Source: Basidiobolus meristosporus CBS 931.73
Lineage: Eukaryota > Fungi > Basidiobolomycota
NCBI GenBank assembly: GCA_002104905.1
Contig: MCFE01000313.1
Coordinates: 1 to 64,000, forward strand
Direction of reading: 5' to 3'
Length of the DNA stretch: 64,000 nt
Positions 1 to 11,413 of this stretch are shown piece after piece (positions within the stretch are counted from its first letter, which is position 1; every line of letters begins with the position of its first letter). The position numbers and the translations under genes are program-made. The notes under the pieces are model-generated. The model worked only from the letters and a program-made list of their open reading frames with translations. It was not told where the DNA came from and did no database searches.

Positions 1-663
1 AACTAATCCTAGTTATGGCATATATTTTATCCCATCTCAGAATCTTTTTGTAGCAGTCACACCTGATCAGTTTTCATATGGTCATTACTTCATCAACTGA
101 TCTGCAAAGCTTTCAACTGATTATCTATCTGAGAACTATCCAACCACTTAGTGATTACCTAGACATCAGCTGATTGATAATGTAATTTTCATTTATCTTA
201 TGCCCCTATCAACATCCCAATTGCTTTCAATAATTCCATCTCATCACACTTACTAATTCTACTTGATCAGCAGAGGGTGGGTAAAGTTTACTGAGCCTTT
301 TGGTCTAGTGTGTGTCTCAACAAAATTGAGATTGTCTCAGCAAAAGTAAGAAGTCAACCATTCTGCTCTAGTTTCTGCCCAAGTCTAGCATATCTAGCAC
401 TCTCAAGAACACCAAGCCAAGCTTGCATAGTAAACCAACTCAGTTGCCTTTATATCCAAACCAGCTATATCCAAGAGCATTATTGGACCATGATCTTCCT
501 GCTAATATTTCTGCCACTCACCAACAATTGTACAATTCTGAAACTAATTGTACCTTTAGTTCAGTCAAGTCATTCAGGAGTGTTATAGAACTTTTCTCTT
601 GGGTACAGCAGGGATATTATCATAGAGCGTAAATGAGTTGGCCAAAGGTGGAGAGATTGTTTG

Positions 664-1011
664 TGTTGTAAGAGTCTTGGAGATATTGGAAGTGATTGAA
701 AGAACAAGTAAATTATGTGGTCTCACTCAATGATTAGGTGAATGTAAAAGCAGTATTCATACTTTTACATGGTCTTGGCAAAGACACACACAAAGAATAT
801 GCTTAGGTAGGTCCCAGAAATATGTTGGCAAAGTTTTGAGCTGCTTGGACAACATAACAAGATTTCATGTTCTGGGTGTCTGATGTTTTGGTGAAAATAT
901 TCCAAGTATATCCCAACAAGGAATTTGACCAGTATTTGCTAAGATTTGTAGACAATGATCTAAGTAACTAAGTTAGGTGAATATTTAGTAGTAATTACAA
1001 AATTTACCACA
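664..1011 (-). mobile_element. Solo LTR of the Copia family found at 50.9-64 kb, with intact 5-bp target site duplication
   Basis: 348-bp TG...CA segment clearly homologous to the LTRs at 50928-51276, 54083-54431 and (reverse complement) 61148-61496; flanked by GTTTG at 659-663 and GTTTG at 1012-1016. Confidence 0.9.
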
Positions 1012-1190
1012 GTTTGAAGGGGTTGTAATTTGACAATTAATGGTTAACTTACAATAGAGCATTTATTATTTGTTAAACTATGAATATTAAGGGTTTTTTT
1101 GGTATATGGCCAGGGTTAGATGAAGGAGCTGGATATTTGTTGAATAGATGAAAGATAAAGTCACCATTTACAGTATAGAAGCCTCATTGA

Positions 1191-2021
1191 TCAGCCATTT
1201 ATAGTTTTGCTGAATTGATTGATAGCACAATGATCGTAATCAACCCATGGATTCTGATTATGGTTGCAGTATTCGGATTGGGTATTGCTTCCACCTACAG
1301 AGAGAAACATACCGTCGCCACTTTTGGTGACTCCGTAGCCCCAGCACCCGGCATTGGCGCCGCCATCAGCCAGTACACCCCAGCTAGTATTAATCTCTAC
1401 ACCCCAACTGGGATAGCAGAAGTCATCATTCAACAAGCGGTAGCACTGCCCGCTGAAAATTCCGCATGCAGGCTGGCTTGGGCTAGATTGCTGATTGCTT
1501 AAGTATTGGTAGATTGGATAGTTCTCTCTGAGGCCATAGCGGCCATAATTGTGCCCTCTGATACTGGCAATTAGGTGCCACTGCCCTCTGATCTTGATGC
1601 TGGCTGAGAAAACTGTGTCATTCTCTACGTACTCTGTATCAATCTTCATGCGATACGTGACCCCAGACTCCCAACCGAAGTTGAGTACGGCCTTAGTAGG
1701 GCTGGAATCCGGTGTTACGACATTCTCACCAAGTTGAACCACCTCAACGGTCTTGTTGCCACCAAGATCCCACATGTAGAATTCTACCGTTCTCTTGGTA
1801 TCGGACTCGGTTAGCAGAGATAGGGTTCCGCTACTGAAAGCAATGGTCATCCATGTCGCGGGGGAGACATCGTATCCTTGTGGGACTTCAATGTCAGTTT
1901 CGAAACTAGTGACTGGTGCAATCTGGTAGTTCGGAAAGTACGGGAGGTTCATTATTCTTGCCGCCCTCGCGACGAGCGGAAGGACAGATACGATTCCGGC
2001 GATGATTGTCTTCAACTGCAT
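1191..2021 (-). CDS. Secreted DUF3472-like protein, intronless, 276 aa
   Basis: Signal peptide MQLKTIIAGIVSVLPLVARA; motif order VEFYMWD...LGENVV...FGWESGVTYRMKI...FSASIKIRGQWHLIASIR...GMFLSVGG resembles my recollection of DUF3472 (VLFSVW...GEGV...YPWKAGTTYRF...WRLIASFR). Family call by eye. Confidence 0.7.
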   Translation of the reverse strand: MQLKTIIAGIVSVLPLVARAARIMNLPYFPNYQIAPVTSFETDIEVPQGYDVSPATWMTIAFSSGTLSLLTESDTKRTVEFYMWDLGGNKTVEVVQLGENVVTPDSSPTKAVLNFGWESGVTYRMKIDTEYVENDTVFSASIKIRGQWHLIASIRGHNYGRYGLRENYPIYQYLSNQQSSPSQPACGIFSGQCYRLLNDDFCYPSWGVEINTSWGVLADGGANAGCWGYGVTKSGDGMFLSVGGSNTQSEYCNHNQNPWVDYDHCAINQFSKTING

Positions 2022-2493
2022 GTTTATGGGTGCTTCATTATCTAGGTGTTCAGGGGTATTTATAGTCTTGCTCAGCTGCCATATCCGGAGCTGTTTTTCA
2101 TTTCAGCTCTATCACTCCACCTTATGGTACCGTTATCGTGGAAATATGGAACAGAGCTTTGAATTTCTGCAATTGGTGTATACTCGCACGCACAGCCCTT
2201 CTTTAGAGAATCCTCTCAACACACTTAATCTCGATTTGTGCTTGCAAATGGCCAGCCAATGGCTACACAATCCGAATAGCCGAACAGTTGGTTTCTGATC
2301 ATCGCGAATGAAACATGGACTCCAACGAGATCCTTGGAAGCTTCGATATATTTGGGAGGCATATTCTTAGAAAGGCTACAATGATCTAAACGATATATAT
2401 TGGCAATAGTCAGCCATATCCGGCTTTAACCTTATTTGGTATAAAGAATGACAACTCGGAAACAAATCATCATAAACACTGACCAAGCGCTCG

Positions 2494-2672
2494 ATAAACA
2501 TTGGCCATGGCTTCATCTTAGCTACGAATTCTGCTTCATAAACATTGCATGGCTTCATCTTAGCTACGAATTCTGCTTCATAAACACTGCTATGGCTCAT
2601 CTTGACTACAGATTGTGCTCATAACACTGCTATGCTCCATGTTGGCTACAGATTCTGCTCCATAAACATTGG
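2494..2672. repeat. Minisatellite, ~42-bp unit, ~4 copies
   Basis: CATGGCTTCATCTTAGCTACGAATTCTGCTTCATAAACATTG starts at 2506 and 2548 (period 42); two degenerate copies follow to 2672. Confidence 0.85.
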
Positions 2673-3033
2673 TGATGAGTCCATTCTGCCTCATCCACTA
2701 CATGTTTTCTGTACTCCAATGAGACCCTTTTGTCCGTAAATTCCAATTTGCCAATCGGTGGCTAATTTTCTTTACCATGGCCAATAAACTAGACTCGCTT
2801 ACTGCGTCTTTGAAAATTCCATTAACGTCATATCACTGTACACCTTCAACAGGTATCAAAAGGTGGGATTGGGAGATCAGTCGATAGCTGAAGGGGTGAT
2901 GCACTACGGATTTAGACTTTTCATTCTAAGAAACTCAGGAGTCTAGATTGACCATAGTAGGAGGTTTGCGATGGGCAAAAAGCATATAATCCCAGGTTAC
3001 TGAGTTTTTGTCCTCATTGTCATTGTGTGGAAA

Positions 3034-6000
3034 ATGAAGCCCACCATAGCACTCCTGTTGGGGAGCATTTTCCTTTGCAGTGCAGAAGCAAGTCAACATC
3101 AATCAAATAGGGATGCTGATCGATCATTAACCCAGGCAATACTGGTGACTCCAATCGCTGTCGCGAGTAATGAGTCAAGAGGGATGGAAAAGTCTGCAAT
3201 CTTAAACGACGTGATTGGTATCAATGAAGAATGCCATCAACCCTCTACTTACTCTGAGGTACACAAGAAATTAACAGCTACCGTACTCCAAAAGAATGTT
3301 AACCAACCTACGTTCGCTTTGAAGCCGGTTTCCACAGAGGAGTCCCAAATGACGGGCCCTACTAAACACTACAGGATTACAGCAACTATACATGGATCAG
3401 GCACTGAAGACACTTCAGTTGAGGGTTCACGTGCATCGCAGAAACTCAAGAGTACTCTGTCGTTGCGGGATAGCCAATTCTCTGAGCCTCCTCTACCACC
3501 GACATATACTTTCCCTCGATCAATTAGCACGGCTATGTGTACTGTGGAAGGTGCTTACAACATTCAATAGCAGACCCACTCAAGCTACTTCCCAACTGAG
3601 CTCGACTCCAGTTCTTACGCCGCCCTTGAAGAGTAGCGAATGCTCGCAACCACCACTGCCAGCGACTTATACGCTGGAATGAATATTCCTACTGAGAAGA
3701 GTGTTATTGGTAGCCATGCATCACAGAGTAGTGAATGTTCTCAGCCACCCTTACCACAAAAATACACTTGTGCTGGACCAGCAAAAAGTGTTACAAAATT
3801 CAGTGACAAACCCACTCAGGCTGCACCTCAATTGAGCCCGACAACAGCGCTCACTTCATTGCAGAGTAGCGAATGCTCGCAACCAACTATACCGCCGATG
3901 TCCACCTTTACTAGGTCAAGTGCCACAACACACGTTAGCAAGTTCACCGAGGATACTACTCAAACGGACTCAGCATCAGTAGTTACTGCTTCATCGCAGA
4001 GTTGCGAATGCTCGTCACCACCTCTCCCACCAGCATATACGCCCACCCATACATTTATTGAGCCTAGTGTTACAGTCAGAAGCTCTGGTATAAACACTGT
4101 TTTAACCAGCAGCAAATCTACCCCGACTGCCTCGCAACTGAACCCGACACCAGCATCCGCTCATTCAGAAACGAGCAGTGAATGCTCTCAGCCACCCTTG
4201 CAACCGACACACACCTTTACTAAGCCTTGTGACACAGTTAGGAGTGTAAGGTCCAGTGCCACCACATTCAGCAGTAAACCTACACAGGCTACCTCTCAAA
4301 TGAGCCCAGCGTCGGTGTTTACTCCATCATCGATGAGTAGTGAGTGCTCTCAGCCACCACTGCCACCAACATACACACCTACCCGTACGTTTACCCAGTC
4401 TAGCGCTACAGTCAGAAGTTCTGAAATAAGCTCTGCTACAACCAGCAGCAAATCTACTTCGACATCAGCTCGATGGAGCACAACATCAGCACCCACTCAT
4501 TCTGCAATGAGCAGTGAATGCTCTCAGCCACCCTTGCCACCGACATACACCTTTACTAAGCCTAGTGACACAGTTAGGAGTGTCAAGTCCAGTGCCGCCA
4601 CATTCAGCAGTAAACCTACACAGGCTACCTCTCGAATGAGCTCAGCGTCGGTGCTCACTCCATCATCAATGAGTAGTGAGTGCTCTCAGCCACCACTGCC
4701 ACCAACATACACACCTACCCGTACGTTTACCCAGTCCAGTACTGCAGTCAGAAGTTCTGAAATAAGCACTACTACAACCAGCAGCAGATCCACTCCGCCT
4801 ACTTCGCAACTGAACACGACACCAGCACCCACTCATTCAGAAACGAGCAGTGAATGCTCTCAGCCACCCTTGCCACCGGCATACACCTTTACTAAGCCTA
4901 GTGACACAGTTAGAAGTGTCAAGTCCAGTGCCACCACATTCAGCAGTAAACCTACACAGGCTACCACTCAAATGAGCTCAGCGTCGGTGCTTACTCCATC
5001 ATCGATGAGTAGTGAGTGCTCTCAGCCACCACTGTCATCAACATACACACCTACCCATACATTTACTCAGTCCAGTGCTACAGTCAGAAGCACTGAAATA
5101 AGTACTGTCGTAACTAGCAGCAAATCACTCCGCCGACTTCGCAACTGAACACGACACCAGCGCCCACTCATTCAGCCACGAGCAGTGAATGCTCTCAGCC
5201 ACCCATGCCACCGACACACACCTATACTAAGTCTAGTACCACAATTAGGAGTGTCAGGCCCAGTGCCACCACATTCAGCAGTAAACCTACAAAGGCTACC
5301 TCTCAATTGAGCTCAGCATCGGTGCTTATTCTGTCATCGCAGAGCAACAAAAGTTCGCAATCACCTCTACCGCCAACATATACTTCTAGAATTCATACAC
5401 CCAGCCAGAGCATGGTAAAAAGTGTCACTATAATCAACAGCAGCTCTGCATCATCAGCACTTAGCTCGCAGCGAACTCGGGTAATTTCTAGTCCAGTTAT
5501 TGCTTCAAGCAGGACTTCGGTTTCGCCAATTGTGCAGAGTAGCAGTGCACATTCCTCCCAGCAACCGGAGAGTACTTTAACGTTACTCAGTACCAAATGC
5601 TCTCAACCGTCTCTGCCACCAACATACACGCCTTCCCATACGTTTACTCAACCTAGTGTTACTGTCAGAAGCTCTAAAATACGTACTGCTGTTACCAGCA
5701 GCAAATCTACTCCGCTTACTTCGCAACTGAAAACGACACCAGCACCCGCTCATTCAGTAACGAGCAGTGAAAGCTCTCAGCCTAGTGACACAGTTAGGAG
5801 TGTCAAGTCCAGTGCCACCACATTCAGTAGCAAACCTATACAGGCTACCTCTCAATTGAGCTCAGCATCAGCGCTTACTCCATCATCAATGAGTAGTGAA
5901 TGCTCTCAACCGCCTCTGCCGCCAACGTATACGCCCTCCCATACACTTATCCAGTCTAGTGCTATAGTCAGAAGTTCTGAAATAAGTACTGTCGTAACTA

Positions 6001-8783
6001 GCACCAAAACCACTCCGTCTACTTCACAACTGAACACGACACCAGCGCCCACTCATTCAGCCACGAGCAGTGAATGCTCTCAGCCACCCTTGCCACCGAC
6101 ACACACCTTTACTAAGCCTAGTGACACAGTTAGGAGTGTAAGGTCCAGTGCCACCACATTCAGCAGTAAACCTACACAGGCTACCTCTCAAATGAGCTCA
6201 GCGCCGGTGCTTACTCCATCATCGATGAGCAGTGAGTGCTCTCAGCCACCACTACCACCAACATACACACCTACCCGTACGCTTACCCAGTCTAGCGCTA
6301 CAGTCAGAAGTTCTGAAATAAGCTCTGCTACAACCAGGAGCAAATCTACTTCGACAGCAGCTCAATGGAGCACAACATCAGCACCCACTCATTCTGCAAT
6401 GAGCAGTGAATGCTCTCAGCCACCCTTGCCACCGACATACACCTTTACTAAGCCTAGTGACACAGTTAGGAGTGTCAAGTCCAGTGCCGCCACATTCAGC
6501 AGTAAACCTACACAGGCTACCTCTCGAATGAGCTCAGCGTCGGTGCTCACTCCATCATCAATGAGTAGTGAGTGCTCTCAGCCACCACTGCCACCAACAT
6601 ACACACCTACACGTACGTTTACCCAGTCCAGTACTGCAGTCAGAAGTTCTGAAATAAGCACTACTACAACCAGCAGCAGATCCACTCCGCCTACTTCGCA
6701 ACTGAACACGACACCAGCACCCACTCATTCAGAAACGAGCAGTGAATGCTCTCAGCCACCCTTGCCACCGACATACACCTTCACGAAGCCTAGTGACACA
6801 GTTAGGAGTGTCAAGTCCAGTGCCACCACATTCAGCAGTAAACCTACACAGGCTACCACTCAAATGAGCTCAGCGTCGGTGCATACTCCATCATCGATGA
6901 GCAGTGAGTGCTCTCAGCCACCACTGCCACCAACATACACACCTACCCGTACGCTTACCCAGTCTACCGCTACAGTCAGAAGTTCTGAAATAAGCTCTGC
7001 TACAACCAGCAGCAAATCTACTTCGACAGCAGCTCGATGGAGCACAACATCAGCACCCACTCATTCTGCAATGAGCAGTGAATGCTCTCAGCCACCCTTG
7101 CCACCGACATACACCTTCACGAAGCCTAGTGACACAGTTAGGAGTGTCAAGTCCAGTGCCGCCACATTCAGCAGTAAACCTACACAGGCTACCACTCGAA
7201 TGAGCTCAGCGTCGGTGCTCACTCCATCATCGATGAGCAGTGAGTGCTCTCAGCCACCACTGCCACCAACATACACACCTACCCATACATTTACTCAGTC
7301 CACTGCTACAGTCAGAAGCACTGAAATAAGTACTGTCGTAACTAGCAGCAGATCCACTCCGCCGACTTCGCAACTAAACACGACACCAGCGCCCACTCAT
7401 TCAGCCACGAGCAGTGAATGCTCTCAGCCACCCTTGCCACCGACATACACCTTCACGAAGCCTAGCACCACAGTTAGGAGTATCAATTCCGGTGCTACCA
7501 CGTTAGATAGTAAAGCTACTCATGTTACATCTCAAGATATCTTCTCTCTAGCAAGTAGGACAGTTAGGAGCACCGAGGAGATTGTCACAACATTCAATAG
7601 CAGACCCACTCAAGCTACTTCCCAATTGAGCTCAACATCAGTTCTTACGCCGCCCTCGAAGAGTAGTGAATGCTCGCAACCACCACTGCCAGCGACCTAT
7701 ACGGTTGGAATGAATATTCCTACTGAGAAGAGTGTGGTGGGTAGCATCACAATGGCACATAGTGATGCTACGCAGCCTTTATCTATCTACTCATCGAAGG
7801 GTAGCAAATACACCCAGCCACCTCTATCATCAATATACGCACCTATAATGCATACCTCGACCGCGAGCAGTAAGACAGGGAGTGACACGTTGGTTCCCAC
7901 TAGTACCACGCAATTATCCGCTGGCTCCCAATTCACTCGAGTAACGCCTAGTCCAGCCACTACCCAAAGTAGTAGTATAGCATCAACAATTGCACAGAGT
8001 AGTAGATCGCAACCCCCACAGAAAACCGATGGCATGCATTCTTCAAAGAAGGGCGATTACTCTCAAACTCCTCCACTGCCGAAGAATACCTCCTTTGGGC
8101 CCGGTACTACCTTGAGGAGCAGCGAATCAAGTGTCTCAACAATCAACAGCATATCCACACAGCTTACTGCCCAACTAAAATCAACACCTTCGCAGGATTC
8201 CGAGGGCCCTCAATCGCCAACGTACACGTATGGAATGCACAACCCCACTGAACACAGCAAAATTGAAAACAGTTTGATGGAGCAGCCCACTCCCGTTTCG
8301 GAAGCGACTCCAATGGCATCACCGGAATCAACATCCGTGCAAAGTGTGGTTCATTCCACTCAAAATCCCGCCGCCTCACATCCCCAGACGTTGGGTGGGT
8401 GGTCACCTTCAAACGAAGCAAGTGCTACAGGGAAAATTCAAGAAACAAGGATATCTGAGACTCCATCTTCAGTAACAGAAAGTAAGATCGAGTCAACATA
8501 TGCATCCACACAGCCAAAACTCGAACTACATCCCTCTTATGGCGTAGTCGGACACAGGCTCAAGCTCAAAAGAGGTAGAACGGCTACTAAGACAGCCGTG
8601 TTTGACACCGTAATAATACCAACTGAACCATCTCATTGCGTTGATGGTCAGCACAGTTGCTTTGATTCGGGGAATTCTCCTCATTTCTACACCTGTTTGA
8701 ATGGCAAGCTTCAACAAGATAGATGTGCAAGTGGTACAGTATGTAAAACTTGGTACGGGTCGATCATTTGTGATGTAATGTAG
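3034..8783 (+). CDS. Giant secreted Ser/Thr/Pro-rich mucin-like protein with C-terminal CBM19-like chitin-binding module; reading frame broken by three 1-nt indels (pseudogene or consensus error)
   Basis: Signal peptide MKPTIALLLGSIFLCSAEA at 3034; over 20 SSECSQPPLPPTYT repeats; C-terminus HCVDGQHSC...FYTCLNG...CASGTVC...IICD matches the CBM19 Cys pattern. Alignment to sister repeats places indels near 3556 (+1), 3673 (-1) and 5126 (-1). Confidence 0.8.
4177..7450 (+). repeat. Coding tandem array with 162-bp and 174-bp units and a 672-bp higher-order period
   Basis: AGTGA(A/G)TGCTCTCAG anchors at 4177, 4339, 4513 (162/174 spacing), 4849 (=4177+672), and 6069, 6741, 7413 (672 spacing); interrupted by a less regular block ~5250-5850. 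Confidence 0.9.
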
Positions 8784-8952
8784 ACGGCATTGTATCAAAC
8801 ATATATACGGCTCTGTACTCTAATCCTAATAAATAAAACACATTGAACTCAATAGTAATCTCGGATTCATCACACACCGCCTGGCCTCCAACATCGATAG
8901 TCTGCCAATTAGTACGTGCCTTCTCCACTTCCTTATCTAGCACAGATCACCC

Positions 8953-9075
8953 ATATTGCTGTCTCGTATGTTCTATTTATTATATTGCTGTCTCGTATGT
9001 TCTATTTATTATATTGCTGTCTCCTATGTGTTCTATTTATTGTATTATTGTCTCGTATATGCTCCATTTATCATA
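8953..9075. repeat. Minisatellite, 29-31-bp unit, ~4 copies
   Basis: ATATTGCTGTCTCGTATGTTCTATTTATT starts at 8953, 8982, 9011, followed by a degenerate fourth copy. Confidence 0.85.
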
Positions 9076-9796
9076 TTTTCTTTGCTTCCATAGAACTCTT
9101 TCTCTCATCTGGAAACCGTATTCTCCTTGTCGAAACATCTCACGTTTCCATTTACCAATTAACCCATGGTTCTACCTAAACTATCCATCTATAGGGAATA
9201 GTGTGCTATCAATTCATAAATGGTATTCTCCATTTAAGCTCTATCGTTTGGTAATAGCTGGGTATGTCTAGGATGCTCGACCATAATGATCGTCTGGAAG
9301 GGGAAATCGTTCTCTTATTTGTTGGGGGATAGGATTAACTATGATAAGCAAGAAGATCCAATATCCAGTATGCTATGTGGCGCACAGTACTACCAATACG
9401 ATACGTTTTCCTGGGCTATATCTATCCGTTTTTACATTATTATAGTTGCTCAATATTTATATTGACGACCGCTCATTTTGATGCCAGGTGCTGCTCTGAT
9501 CAACTAATAAAGTGGGATATTGAAGCATATGCATCAATGTAATTGTTTGCAAAGGAGCAGACCAATGCGAAAGGCCTAGAGTAAACCACGCTCAACATTA
9601 GAAGATACAGAGTACGTCTGATGAGATACTGGCAATTTTCCTGCAGTAAAGCCCATAGCCGGTTTATATAGCAGCATTTGATATGATCATTACTATACTC
9701 TTTTAGTAGGAATAGTCCTGTTTTGATCATCCATCTTTTAGACAAATCAATCATGTTGCAGTTAGCTTAGCAACCAACTGTTTACACTCAATTATT

Positions 9797-10884
9797 TGTG
9801 GTGAGTTTTAGAGATATCAGAAGAACAAGTAAATTAGGTAGCTTTTACTTTAGGCCCTTGTGAATGTAAAAGTGGGATTATACTTTCATTGTGTCTTTGC
9901 AAAACGAATACATACATTGTGTCTCGTAAGTGAGAACCATATAACTTAATAGTTCTCCCAATCACCTCCAATCTCTCCAGAGCTCTCTTTATTTTATTGA
10001 GGGCGCTAAGCTCTATCTGGCATACTAATTCATATATATTTTTAACAAAAAATAGTGACTATATCTCCAACATCATACTCTAATAATACTCGGCTCTTTG
10101 GAGATAAGTAAATATGGCTAAGTGGTCAGCTGGATATTGTTGTAGAACCTGGATAGTGGCAGTGGTAATGTGGAGAACAACAGATTGGTGAAGTATTCAC
10201 TTATTGGTCTATTGCTTGAGCATATATACTTTGAGAGATATGCTACAAGGTATGGATTAGTGTTTCTATTGTAATGCTATTAGCTGTCAAAGAGTTCTGC
10301 GGAGTATTGGAAGTAACTTGGAAAACTAGAAGAATTGCATGGTAGCTACCAGTTTTATTGGATCGAATAAACTTTTCAATCTTTTAGACAAGAGTGCTCA
10401 AAGAAAGGTCTCATGACGTGGTGTAGAAAGCTTGGCTCATTAGACAGATTTGAAAACTTTGCTCTTTACAAATGTCAAGAATTAGCTAATATCTTAGAAG
10501 CTAGCTCCGAAGTGAATAATTCATAGATTAGCAATGAACTAAGTAGAAATAAAAGATTGATGAGTAACCTGGGTGTAAAGTCCATGATTTCAACGCAAGT
10601 GGCATATAAATCTGAAACAAAATCTTGGTTGTTTGATTTGTTGCAAATTTCGGAATTCCACCTAAATATTCACCTAACTTAGTCACTTAGATCATTACCT
10701 ACAAATCTTAAAGAATTCTGACCAAATATCTTGTCGGGATTTACTTAGCAATATTTTCACAATGTCTGGTACCTGATATTGTGAAATATTGCCAAGTTGT
10801 CCGAACAGTCCCAGACTTTGCACACATGTTCTGGGACCCTCCTAAACATATTCTGCGTGTATATTGCGGAAGACACTTGTCTTT
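9797..10884. mobile_element. Cluster of decayed Copia LTR fragments in both orientations
   Basis: LTR-start-like fragment 9797-9912, opposite-orientation LTR-end fragment ~9936-9990, diverged LTR-like ~10285-10619, and a truncated LTR 10639-~10880 (TGTTGCAAATTT...CACCTAAATATTCACCTAACTTAGTCACTTAGATCATT) collinear with the LTR at 61148. Confidence 0.75.
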
Positions 10885-11413
10885 TATATAAAGCTCTGTT
10901 CCAGCTGCTATTGCTGTGTATGATTTGTTTGTAGAGATCTTGAATACAAAGTATGGTGCTATCATTGGAGGTATATTGAATACTAATTATGGTACCATCA
11001 TCTATAATACCAATCAACCACTAAACGATACATGTATTCTTGATGCTGAATTGCCATCAAACAATGTAAGCTTAGTATACATTCCTTTGCCACTAGTTTC
11101 AATCAATAAACATCTTGATTCTGTGAAAAAGTAAACGCAGCCGAAATAGTGATAGAGAACAGTCAACTGGCATACAACCATCGTACTATGATAAATATTG
11201 AGGAACCTATTGGGGAGCCATATTCCAATGCCAAGCTAATATGTCACCATCCACGAATAAGAATGTTGCGAAGCTAGTACGTCACATGATACTCCCAAAT
11301 AGTCCAAATTCACCGTGCATGAAACGTAGCTGTCCAGCGAAGTTATATAGCACTGTAGTAGCTTACTGACTTTCCCTTCCACTGTAACTTGGCCTCTTCT
11401 ACGTTCGCAAGTC

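Noticed and set aside
2494-2672. CRISPR-like array (also 8953-9075 and the 33-bp duplications)
   Set aside because: Units abut with no unique spacers, there are no cas genes, and the context is eukaryotic; these are minisatellites.
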